Assembly: GCA_973895155.1 (NCBI GenBank) | Contig: OZ316895.1 | Location: 15,134,816-15,198,815 of the forward strand | Direction: 5' to 3' | From: Marsupella aquatica | Lineage: Eukaryota > Plantae > Marchantiophyta | Length of the DNA: 64,000 nt | Shown: positions 51,270 through 63,100 of the stretch, piece after piece | Layout: each line of letters opens with the position of its first letter | Numbering within the stretch: the first letter of the stretch is position 1 | The notes under the pieces: generated by a model | The model's database searches: none | Seen by the model: the letters and a program-made list of their open reading frames with translations, nothing else | Told to the model about the DNA's origin: nothing | Position numbers and translations under genes: made by a program

Positions 51270-51742
51270 CTTGCAACTATGACTTGGTAAATTTTAGTGA
51301 GTCTTTTGAGATTTGGTAGATTTTTGTATGGATGCCTTGAAAGGAGACTGCTAGAAATCCCATAGATATACTTCATAACCATATGCTGATTTGACAAGAA
51401 AATTTCCATTGAAAATGAGGATTCAAAAATCTTTCCACAAGTGCAACCCTGACTGTCTAAACAAATTTGCTGCCTCTTTCCAGATTATGCAGGAGCTGAC
51501 CCTGAATCATTAGGATCACTTGTATTGTTTAACTCAAAGATAGAGTCAGGTAGACAACACCTCCCATTCCATAATTGGAATCCTCTGTCCGTGTCAATAA
51601 TTTTCAATCCAGACTGGCTTATCAAATGAGCATAACCATGTAAAGAAAATGGAATTTTCTTCCCATGCATCTCCAACAAATCTACCAAATCTCAAAAAGA
51701 CTTCTGAAAATCTACCAAATCTTGATGTTAGTTGTAGTTCAA
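51270..51742. mobile_element. Degenerate foldback element
   Basis: gagtcttttgagatttggtagattt...tatgctgatttgacaag (51298-51400) mirrors cttatcaaatgagcata...aaatctaccaaatctcaaaaagac (51618-51702). Confidence 0.55.
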
Positions 51743-52199
51743 CAAGAAGAAAGACCCTCGTTTTGGGATGTATCTGCTGCAGCCTTGTCTTGGAAATGGT
51801 TGAATGAAATGTGGATCAGACAGCTGAATGGAAGGATTCAGTGGTGATGGAAGAAAGGAAGTCAATGTTTAGACAATGACGCATATTCACTGTGACAAAA
51901 ACAAAAGTCTTCAGCATTTGCGAGATTGAAACGTCATTTGTAAGAGTCATTGAAACGTCGTGTCTTTTGGGCTACTCAAAGTCATTTTATGACATATACA
52001 CCATATTTGACACACATTTAACAGTTCAGATTGTGTAGTTTAACGTATATGTAAATCTAGAGACATGAAGGTTCTCAATTGTATAATAATCAGTATGTTG
52101 TTGCTCTTCAAGTCTTTGTTGAGACGCCTCAATAAGCTAAGTCCACAATGCAAAAACAAACTAAAAATGTATACAAAGAGTCTACAGTGGGGGTGCAAA

Positions 52200-52201
<2 letters not shown>

Positions 52202-52230
<29 letters not shown>
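52202..52230. repeat. (CT)n microsatellite
   Basis: Directly visible. Confidence 0.9.
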
Positions 52231-52232
<2 letters not shown>

Positions 52233-53868
52233 CATAGGATGCCAAGACCCAGTTGGGAGCATCGAATACATCATGGTCAGCAAGCAGTTGACATGCTCTG
52301 CCTCAACAATGATTTCAAGAAAATTGACTGAGCAATGACCTCAGTGGTGAGTGAAGCTAAATTTGGCCCTGACAAGAGTTAGAACAAAATGGCTTTGCTT
52401 CAAGAACAAATAAACTCACCCTAAGGCTAACTCAATATGACCCCAACTTGAGCAAATGAAGTCTTAACCTGGAGTCTCAAAGCTAAACCTCAAGTCTCAA
52501 AATGCATGATAAACTCAAAGACTTGGCAGGCATAGAGAGGTAGGGTCCTCTTGCATATCAAGAGCCCTTTCTTTTACAGCTCTTAGCACTCCTAATTTTC
52601 CAGAGGAAAGGTGGATTAAAATTTTACACAGAATCTGCTGCCTTGCTACCAGTGAACTTTCTCTTTGTTCTATTCAACTTTCAAGGTTTGAAACCTCAAG
52701 AGCCCTTGCCTTTGGTTATCCACCACATATGTAGTCCGACCTGTCGAAGAAGGAGGTTGAGACATAAAAATCTCACTCAAAAGTTAGAATGTCACTTGTT
52801 CATTTGAGGGGTCATTGTAGCGTGCGAGGAAACAGTAAAAAATTCAGTAAAAAACTACTCGCACGAGCAAAAAGTTTCCTCACATGACCCCTAATTTTTC
52901 TATATCCAACTGCCTCGCTAAACAACAACCTGGTTGATAACATACGTTTTTGTGACTCCGTTTTTTGCTAGCTACCTAGCCAGCCATATGGAGTCATAAA
53001 AAAACACAAATATATATAAAATGCAGTAAAAAGTAAAAAATAAATAAATCATTAGTGTCTAGCTAATAACATTCTCCACTAACAAAATTCCTATTTAATT
53101 GCATTATACAATAATACCTCCAACTCTGATTGTGCTAGCGCGCATTTGGGGTCTTGTAGCTAATCCGAGGGAACAGCAACACCACCGCACCACCCCCAGT
53201 CCCATTCCATGATTCCCAGCAGCGTGAACAGTTCCACGCCCCCCGTTCGTCGCTGACAGACACGTCACCTGGCGCTCTCGCCACGCCGCCCCACGGGATA
53301 TCAGAAAATCGTATCCCGGCTGCGGCCCGTCGAATCCCTCCCAAGCCGAACCCGTTATTGGCCCTTCCCGCCGTTCCCGGCTTCCCGGCTTCCCGCCTCC
53401 CCCATGCCGCAGAACTCGACCGGTACCGGAATACCAAACTTCAGCAAGCTCTCCGGCCACCACGCCGGCACCCCGGTCTTGTCGCTCTCCTTGTCACCCA
53501 GGATGACGGTCCCGTGTGCGAGAGACCGACAATCCAATAATCTATCCCTTCGTGTGCATTCCAGCGTTTTCAACTTTATAGGCCCCTCCCCACCCTACGA
53601 GACTGGAGCATGAGGAACCTGAAGAAATACAATTAATGCGCGAAGCATCGACGGCCGGGGTCAATCCACTCGTTGATTTTGGGGAGATCTGACGAATCTG
53701 GCAGCAGTTAATGTGTTTATGGACGTTTCTATCAGAAAATCAGCAGATTCAGTGGAGAAAGATATCTGGTGGGGCCCCCGTCCCACTTTCGTCGTCTTTC
53801 TCTGCAAGTCCAACACTACTCTGTAGTAGCCCTTGGAGTCGTAGTCTTGTACCTCACGTATCATTCGT

Positions 53869-53992
53869 TCGTATGTAGGTATGATATACTTTATGAGATG
53901 ATATATTATGATTATGATGAGGCATAATAATCGTATGTAGGTATGATATACTTTATGAGATGATATATTATGATTATGATGAGGCATAATAA
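53869..53992. repeat. Perfect 62-bp tandem duplication
   Basis: tcgtatgtaggtatgatatac...gaggcataataa x2. Confidence 0.92.
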
Positions 53993-56173
53993 ACCATCAG
54001 TGGGGATTTTATTTGTTTGGTTGTTATTATAAAATGGTTATGAAGATCGGCCAAAAAGGACGTCACATGACCGTCTACTTCGACCTGACAAGTGACAACC
54101 CAATCGCCTCGTCTGACTCGCCCGCCTTTGCGCCAGCTTTTACTATTCTCGCGAAAGCTTTACCAAATCTTCTTGGCCCGGAAATTTCGATGCATTAATG
54201 GATAAATATATCTAGTGGGTCACCAAACCTAATTGTTTCTTTTCAATGACCAAAGATGAATTTTGACTAAAGATGAATTTTCTCTCTGGAAATGTCATTT
54301 CGTCAAGATTTCGTCAAGATTTATGTGATTTTTCTCGTTGTATTTTTTAGTACATTAATTTACTATAAAGCCTCTTTTCGTTTGAGTAATATATTATGTA
54401 AAATATCACAAAAATAATAAAAATAAAACACAAATATAATGTTACCAAATAAAATAATATAATAATTTGTATCAAAATCACAAGATTTGTTTTTGACTTC
54501 TTTCATGCCTTTGGTCAATTGCAGGCACTTTGGCTAGGATTTTCTATCAAGAGATTCACTTCTTCTTTTTTTTGTTACCAAAAATCACTCAAGACTTTAC
54601 ACACATTAATGTCCTAGTTACCCTCTCTTAATGCCCTCTAACCAGGACATTATCCTATTCAAAAGTTCTTATATTACAATTTATAGAAATTTCCACTGTT
54701 TTTAGAGAGAAAATCTCCAGTGTATTTATAGAGAAAAATGCACACTCAATCTTGGATAGGCTCATTTTCTCATTTTAGTGAAAGTAAAATGAAAATCTTC
54801 TAGACCATAACATCCTGTCACAAAAGCATTATGAACCATAATAGCCCCTCAAATTTTAGCTATAACCCTCGTTTTTGGGGGATAATGGCCCACAATGCCT
54901 CTAAATGAAACCTTACTACATCCAAAAAGACGGTTATCAAGCATAGATCCCATGCATTTTTATTTTTCCCTGTTCCACTAGAAAGTTCTCACCCTGAGTC
55001 TCATAAACCCCAAGCTTGGTTGGACAGGAGGTTACACTGCACAAAATCACAAACAAATAAAGTGTAATAGCGGCTTCAGGAGCACTGGGATGTTGCATTT
55101 CCACTTCAGGAGGGGAAAGGAAACCCAGGACTTCACTTGCAAAGCCGCTTCTTCTTTAGCATCCATTTTTTGCACCATTGGGTAAGAATGACAGGATAAA
55201 ATCTAAAACTCAGTACGAAATGAAGTTTGACAAGGTAGAAAATTTGGTTGTCAATCAAGTTTTCTGCACAGTAGCAACAAGCATTTTTAACCCATCTTGT
55301 TTTGCCATATCAGAGTTACTCTTCTTCCTGGCACTTTGATGGGGGGCAAGAGTTCAGGGGGGGGGGGGTCACTATTCTGGGGCTTTTTCATCTCTGAGAT
55401 GTTCTCTATTGGGAAGCTTCTCGTTGCTGCTCTTCTGGACAAGTTTGCTTGTGTGCTGTGGCCACCTATGGGTTTGGCCTCTCATTGTGTTTTAGAACTT
55501 TACATCACCAGTTAAATATAATTCAAGATAGAATGCCAAACAAACAAACCAAAAAAGGTCTAACTGAGATAAATCAGGACCGCTGGTTGCACCAAAACCA
55601 CGAAGAATGCTTGAGTGACCAGCTAGAATGATGCACGTATATAAATGACACATACACGCATAAACTTACTCATTACAGGACAAAATCTTGCAAGCTAAGG
55701 AGAAAATGTCCCCATCACAATCATAATGTGCAGTGCTGAACAATGGAAGATCAAGTTTCTCACAATGCTGTGATTGTAATAAACAACCTTATCGGACAGT
55801 CACTAAATTATCAATTGCCATGGCTTATAATCAAGTTCTCAAATTTGTCAAAATAAAAGACTAAGAGGTCACCTGCTGCCAACAGCTTAAACCATTCATT
55901 TTTAATTATTTAAAATTCATGAAATTCCAGTAATTTTTTTAGATGAAAACAATTTCAGAGCTATTCTTTGGAGGGAGAAGGCTATAGGTTTGAAGGACTC
56001 TGAAGAAATTCTTCTTTGTAATTCTCCTAGGCCTGCTCCTATGCAGTTTACTCTGGAATTTTACCTGGCTTTGCAGTTAACGGCTCAGTTGTGCTTTGTG
56101 GTTCCTTAGCCATTGTGACTCTCGAGCTTTTTGGCTCCTGGGTCCTCCTCTTGGATTGTTTCTCTTTCATTGA

Positions 56174-56538
56174 GGGCCACTTTACAAGACGGACGCGGCA
56201 ATTTAGTCCCTCTTTTTTTAGGATTGAATCAATCACAACTGTTGTTTCAGCTTGCCTGGGCGGTCCTTGCTTTAGAAGACTGGCACGGCTAGTTGAGCTG
56301 CAGGAATGACCAAACCTGCATTCTGGTACGTATGGATCAGCTCGGGCCAGCCGGCTCGGGACTCTCATCCGGGCGCTAGACTATCGGACCTCCGGAGGTG
56401 CAAAAATGGGCAGGCCACTTTCTCATGTGATTCCTGCCTTGGATTGGCCTAAAGTCCTACCGTGCACAAAAAGTCGGGCTCTGTTATAGTCCTGGTACAA
56501 AGCACTCAAATTGTCGCGCCAGTCTTGTAAAGTGGCCC
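56174..56538. mobile_element. Tourist/PIF-Harbinger-like MITE, 365 bp
   Basis: 31-bp TIRs GGGCCACTTTACAAGAC...CAATTT (3 mismatches), flanked on both sides by TGA (56171-56173 and 56539-56541). Confidence 0.8.
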
Positions 56539-57190
56539 TGAGTCTCGTGCATCATCGGTTATCTTTTTGTCCAGGGTAAGATATAGTATAGATAAAAATA
56601 CATAGATAGATAGATAGGTATCTGTCGAGTGACATTCTCTCCCAACCTAACCAGTTTAATAAAAGTAGAGTAAATAACTCAGTAGAAGGTTACTTACAAT
56701 GGCGGCAACCGCCAGTCCTAAAGTAGTGTAAAGGCCTTCCCCAATTATATCGACCACGACTACCTTGGCACCACCACTCCACCAGTCCTGGTTCTGGACC
56801 ACTCCCAGTTGAGTCACGGCGGATCGACCTGCGAACAGCAATTGGGTGGGCCAGGGTAGCCCTGGCCTGTCCCTACCCCGGCCAGGCGTCCCGGAGTCCG
56901 GGCCCAGCTCTGCCCAGGCCTGCCGGAATAGCAACCTTGACCTCGAAAGTCGAAAGTGTGGGAGTGGGAGTGGGAATCTCAACCGCCAAGGATACGCTTT
57001 ACGACTACAGTCCTTCGCTACCGTCTTCGTGTATCATATACGGTACGGTGCACCTTGCACGCATGCATGCGTGTATCATCATGTCATCATTGGTCTGTTG
57101 GTACAGTATTCAATATTGTCACTGGGTAACTTGACGGAAATCTCACGTGAATCAATTCCCAGCAACGCACACATCGAAATGTTGAGTTTT

Positions 57191-58132
57191 ACCTCTTGTT
57201 AAATCTACCTCGAGTTAATATTCCTCCATTTTCCCAGGCCCATTGCTGATCCCGGTCCCCCATATTGTTGCTCACTTTGGATACCAAAACATAAATCAAT
57301 TTTTTAGGGTCATCTATTTTGTACCTTTTTTTGGCACTCATCACTTTTTGTTGTTCATTTTGGCCCCGTCTACTTTGTGCCATCATCTTTTTGGAAAGAA
57401 ATGTTGTAAAAACATAAAGCCCAACTCTATAGAGAATAAGTATTTGGCACAACATAAACCAATTCTATATCAATCATGACTCTCAACCAAAGTATTAGGT
57501 TCCCCTTGAACACTTAGACTCTACTACAAAATAGGCATGACTCCATTCGAAAGAAGTGTTACCAAAACATAAACCCCCGCATAAACCATGACTCCATCGA
57601 GAAGATTGAAGCATTTGGCAAAACTTCAAACCAAGACTCTATTAATCAGGACTCTTAACCAAAATACTACTCAGGCTCTACTACCAAGCTAACATGACTT
57701 TGTTGGAAAGAAGTGTTGCCAAAACATGAACACAACTCCATAAAGAATAAGTGTTGCCAAACCATAAACTCATGACTCTTAACCAAAGTACTAGGCTCCC
57801 CCTAAACACTCATAGACTCTATTAAAAAAGTATGACTCCGTTGGAAAGAAGTGTTGCGAGAACATAAACCATGACTCCACAAGGACAAAGTTGATGGCAC
57901 AAAGTTGATCGGGCCGGAGCGGGCGACAAAAAGTGAACGGTGCCAAAACATAAACCCCAAGTTGATGGCACAAAGTTGATCAGGCCGGAGAGGGTGACAA
58001 AATGATAGAATAATGGTTTATGTTTTGCTAAACTCAGGCCGGAGCGGGCTGTAGCATCGGGGATTGAAACAGGCAATTTGTGGGGCCCCAAAAAAGTGGG
58101 GGAGAATTAACTCGATGTAGATTTAACAAGCA
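57191..58132. mobile_element. Non-autonomous foldback DNA transposon, Mutator-like
   Basis: 25-bp TIR CTTGTTAAATCTACCTCGAGTTAAT (57195-57219 vs 58106-58130, 1 mismatch). Inner inverted arms at 57329-57389 vs 57888-57948. Flanking direct repeat GTTGAGTTTT at 57181-57190 and 58133-58142. Internal array of AAAACATAAACCATGACTC-like subrepeats. Confidence 0.72.
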
Positions 58133-58524
58133 GTTGAGTTTTTAAGGCTTTTTCTATTTCACCAAGGTGACATGTAAGAAAATCATGGCATGCAGAGCTT
58201 ATGGACTATAATAGCAGAGGAAAAGAATTAGTTCTCTGGGTTTGTCAAGCTCTCATGGATTAATGGAACTCAAATTGGATTCCATTTTATTCACAATGTC
58301 ACAAGTAATATTCATAATTAATCCATCCCCATAGTGTGGTTTTCCAGCCATACCCTCAGGAAAAATAGTGGCTTAGCAAGGCTGATTCCATTATTTTTTC
58401 ACATTAAATTTTGAAATTTGGGATTCACTGATGTTAGCTGGGGTTACTACTAGACTTGCAACCTCCTGGCTAGGCTACCAAGGGAGCTGGGGACAATGAA
58501 TGGGAAAAAGGGGGTTTCCAATGT

Positions 58525-58650
58525 CACACGTGTCCAGGAGAAGATGCTACGAAGATTCTCTATCTGACTTTCCTACATTTATTTCTGACAATCAGATCTC
58601 CCCTATTTAAGGAAGATAGTTAGATTCTGGCTAGTGGGGTCAGTGGCTAA
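58525..58650 (-). repeat. Dispersed repeat family, inverted partial copy
   Basis: Reverse complement reads tagccactgaccccactagccagaatctaac...gtagcatcttctcctggacac. Confidence 0.6.
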
Positions 58651-59000
58651 TGGAAGACAAAAAACCAGAAGCAATTCAGAAGCAATTTTTTGCCAAAATG
58701 ATTCAGACTTTTCAGAGAGCTTGAATGTAAGTAATAAATTTTGGACACTCAAAGAAAGCTGGAACACAGGCATACTCCATAGTAGCCAGGGTATATTTTT
58801 GAAGTGTGGTGATCAGTCTCGTGAAGTGGCTAATGGAAGACAAAAAACCTACAGGAGCAAATTTTTGCCAAAATGATTCAGACTTTTCAGAGAGCTTGAA
58901 TGTAAGTAATAAATTTTGGACACTCAAAGAAAGCTGGAACACAGGCATACTCCATAGTAGCCAGGGTATATTTTTGAAGTGTGGTGATCAGTCTCGTGAA
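58642..59000. repeat. ~180-bp tandem duplication
   Basis: Units start at 58642 and 58825; identical from tttttgccaaaatg to gtctcgtgaa. Confidence 0.92.
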
Positions 59001-59303
59001 ACCCCAGATGAGGCGAGGATACATTGACCGATAGAGAGTAAGTCTATAATAGTTTTTATTTTGCTCTTCTAAACAATTAACTCCTATAATACACACCTGT
59101 GCCACTTTTTAGAGTGATAGTCATTCAAATTTGCAGGGCACAAAAATTTAAAAATCTGACCAAGAGAAGGAATAAAACAAAATTGAATTATATTGAATGT
59201 GAAATAAAGAGTGACACTTTTTCCAAGCAAGAACTAAAGGGGAATTGTGAATGTCAGGGAATGCCAATACACAATACCCAATAATCAAGTATTTTATGGA
59301 CCA

Positions 59304-60105
59304 TCTATGTATAATACTCTCCATGCATACGAAACCCATGCATAGAAATAGTATTCTCCATGCCTAGACATTGTACCCCATGGTAATCTATGTCCTAGGA
59401 TTAAATGATTACAAATATTACATAATGTACTAGAAAAGATCAAACCAAAAAATAGTACAAAAGGCCTAAAGGAGGGGGGTGGGGGCCGGGGCGGGGAAGT
59501 TAAAGGTTTTCAATGAATTACAAAATGAAAAATACAAAGACAAAAATCATTCTTGAGGGGTGATATTTTGTGGTTGTTGTTACTCATTTTTTGCGCCCTT
59601 TTTGCGCGATTTTTTTTCTTAAGAACATCTTGGGCGACACCACATCTTTTTTTCTTAACGACATCTTGGGTGACACCACATCTTTTTTCTTAAACAACAA
59701 CATCTTGGGTGACACAACATTTGTTTTTCTTAATGACATCTTAGATGACATGACATCTTTTTTCTTTATAACATCTTGAATGGGAGACATGACATTTGTT
59801 GTTCTCAACGACTTCTTGGCCGACACGACATTTTTCTTCTCAACGACCTCTTGGCCGACACAACATCTTTTGTTATCACCGGCATCTTGGCCAACACGAC
59901 ATCTTTTGTTCTCACATCTTGGGCGACACAACATCTTTCTTCTCAACGACCTCTTGGCTGACACGACATCTTTCTTCTCAACAACCTCTTGGCCGACACG
60001 ACATCTTTATTCTCAACAACCTCTTGGCCGACACGACCGGTTTTGTTCTCAACGACATCTTGGCCGTCACGACATCTTTTGTGCAACGCACAGGTATTGA
60101 GCTAG
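59304..60105 (+). mobile_element. Small non-autonomous Helitron
   Basis: 3' end TGTGC-AAC-GCACA hairpin (60080-60092), then GGTATTGAG, CTAG (60102-60105) and T. Candidate 5' end A|TCTATGTATAAT at 59304 (less certain). Confidence 0.65.
59611..60080. repeat. Minisatellite, ~36-bp unit, about 13 copies
   Basis: Consensus approximately TTCTTCTCAACGACCTCTTGGCCGACACGACATCTT; head-to-tail with no spacers. Confidence 0.92.
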
Positions 60106-63100
60106 TATAGGCATAACATGTTGTAGCCAGGGTAGATTTTGGCGTCTGGTGATAAGTCTAACCCCCCATGCGGCTAGGAATTATTGGCCAATATATACAG
60201 AATAAGATTAAAATATTTCTTACTTTGCTGTTCTAAACATTGGTCTATCAGTGTTTATTGTGTATTTTTATGATTTTCTCTAGTGACGATATTACAAGAA
60301 AAAGAAACGCAGAAGTGAATCAAACTAAGATTTGTTGACTGAACTGTGCGACATGGAACTGGACTAGGGTAGTCAAGGTTCCAAGGATGTGCTTCACAAG
60401 GCTCATGGGAAGAAATCTATGGATTTGGGGAACACAATTCTCTCGAAATGCCCTCCTTCCCTCCCCCATTCAATCTCACTATCCAGGTCCACCACAGAAT
60501 TGTGGAAAGTGATTGAAATGAACCACACCAGCCCGTATAAATGCCTCATTCCCCGTCTCTCTAGTACTCATTCCTGTCTTGTGATAAATAATGTACTCAC
60601 CATGAAACTATGAAACTGAATGTGTGCACTTTATATGAGAGCTATAGGCAGGTAGTTGCGGTTGAAGAAATAAAATTGCTAATCTTAAAAGTTATTTAGC
60701 CAAGTATCATTGTGAGAGATAAATCCCCTTTCCCTCAGGCGGACTCCCTTGAGCTCAGGGTGTTTATTCCCAATAGTACCCCCGGAAAACTCCTGGTACT
60801 CATTTGCACGCACCTCTCCACACCCTTTTTCAGCATTGTCCCTCTCTCTCGGATCATTCCATGTTGCATGTTGTTTCTTGCAATGAACTTCTTTAAATTT
60901 CTGAGAGAAACCTCTGCAGAGCATCTCATTTTTTAATTTGTCTGTCTCTGTGCATGTAAGAGGTATGGCTCATGCACACTACTTGCACACTCCATGCCCG
61001 TTGATGATCTTACAAACTTGCATCAAACGTAGCAGCTAAGTGTAAATTTCAGAACAAAATGGTGCACTAGCGAGTTTGATGACTGCAAAGCTTGAAGCAT
61101 GAACCAGCATCACCCATCACCCATCACCCATTGCTGAATGTTCAATTGTTTATGTGGCACTTTGTTTGGCACTTTTTGTAAAATCAAATTCTTTCTTTCT
61201 CTTCTAGGGAGAGAGAGAGACGATCATGATAATGCCTCGATCGACCAAAAGCCTCGACAGCGTGAGCCGAGCTTGACTGCTACCGCGGAATGCTGATTGA
61301 CTCCACGGCTGGCACTCTCTTTCTTTCACAGTCAGGGAATCCATGGCGTCCGAGTCTCCGACTCTTGTAGAGTTCGAGTTCGAATTCGACTGTAGAGTTT
61401 GTGGGCGGCTATTGGCGAGGGGTAGAGGCCTGCAGATGAAGGGCAACTGATATCACAACCACGAAGTATCAAGATCAACGGGATTCATCAGACACAGGTT
61501 GGCCTTCTCTTCTGTTCCTCATCATGCCTGGTTCTTGGAATCCCTGTCAGTCAGTGAACATCCTGACTGCCTGCGTACGATGAACTGGTTCCGTTTGTCG
61601 ACAGTCGGGCGTTACAGTAGAAAATCACCGAAGCATAATCATTTAATAATTCGGCGAGATTCATTGCCTGTGTCCCTTTGCGTTGAACAGTGTCGACTCT
61701 CTACAGTAGTGTGGCAGGATTGAAGTCGGTATGACTTTGTCTACCACTGCTGCTGCTTGGAATAATTAGGAGCGGCCTGAGCTTTCGATAACAGTAAACT
61801 TATTATGATAATGCATTCAACACTGTGCACCGAAGCGCCGCCTGGTCCCTCCACGTGCAACTGCGCCTACCTACCTCCGCGCCAATCTCAGAGTCGACCG
61901 TGCAATAGAGTAATGTTTGCCTGTACAGTCTGAATTCGGGATTATTTCATAGGATTGTCTGTTCAAGCTTTCCAAAAATTCTGGTCCTCTCTCTCTCTCT
62001 CTCTGTGATGAGACGCTGTGATTGTCTCTTCGAGCTTTCCAAAAATTCTGGTCCTCTCTGTAGTTCTCACCTAGTTCCGATGAGACTGTGTGATACAGGC
62101 TTCTAGACTTCAATTTTCTCCGATTTTTTCAACGACGGAGAAGTTCCAATCTACAGTCCCGAACAGTCCCGAAAGCCTTCTCATGACAGATTGAGTTGAC
62201 CTTTTCATTTGAATTTGTCGTTGCTCGTAATATTTATCTCAAATGTTCCCGGGTATTGTCAAACCACGCTATTTACTGTTGAACACTCTGCCCCCACCCG
62301 ACAAAACAAATCATGCACTTGACCAGTTGGCCACCAGGTACAGTTGTTCAGCTGTTACACTCCTCGTTCACTTTCTTCCAAAAAGAAACTGCAAGGGACT
62401 TAAAAAAGAAATACCTTCTCTTGCAAAATAAGCCTACGGTAGTTTTTCTAAAAATTTGAGCAGAGATAGTTTGGGACTAATGAACCAAGGTGTAGCCCGC
62501 TTACTCTTTACTGCAGGACTGCGTATATGGAAGAAGATCACTGGCGAAGAAACATCCATTCAGCAAGTCGGAGAAGCGATCACAGGTGAATCTGTCTACC
62601 CCATCCTTAGTCTCCTCTTTTCCGTTGTTATGTGACCACGCCAATTACCTTGGTGCTCTAGAGACGCAGTCCTTCCAACATAGATTGGCTGGCCCACGTG
62701 TGAGTCATTCGTTCTCAACACAATATTGTCACCGAATAATCCAACACTGATGCGCATGGCAGAACAGACCAAACACGTGAACTCTTCTTTGCAGTGATGT
62801 CCAACAAACTGTTGACATTTTTGGTCCGAAAGAAAAGCCGGATGATCTCTTACTTTGACACCCAAAATGTTTGAGAGACTTCAACAAAATCGTATTCCCA
62901 TGCCAAAAAAGTGACAAGAACTCGAGTCCTCGCCCAGGTCGTTCAACAAAAGTCATGTCATGATATTGAAGGAGATTTTCAAAGACTTGGACACTGCAAC
63001 CATTCAAAGATTCTAGAGCTTTGCTTGATCATCATTCCGTCGATTATTATGCCACTAAAAAATGTTTCACCACATTTGGCTAGGGGACAAGGAGGGACAT

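Noticed and set aside
52807-52892. Short nested inverted repeats (also 29741-29798)
   Set aside because: Stems are short or interrupted, with no TSD or other support; cannot be told from chance or decayed MITE debris.
56849-56867. GC hairpin GGCCAGGG-TAG-CCCTGGCC as a Helitron end or terminator
   Set aside because: No CTRR at the expected distance on either strand; intrinsic terminators do not apply to a plant nuclear genome.
59611-60080. 36-bp repeats resembling a CRISPR array, and ORFs 59584-59964 and 59780-60110
   Set aside because: Units are contiguous with no unique spacers, there are no cas genes and the context is eukaryotic. The ORFs arise because the unit length is a multiple of 3.
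60389-60936. Short ORFs as a possible gene or TE protein
   Set aside because: No recognisable motif in the frames examined.
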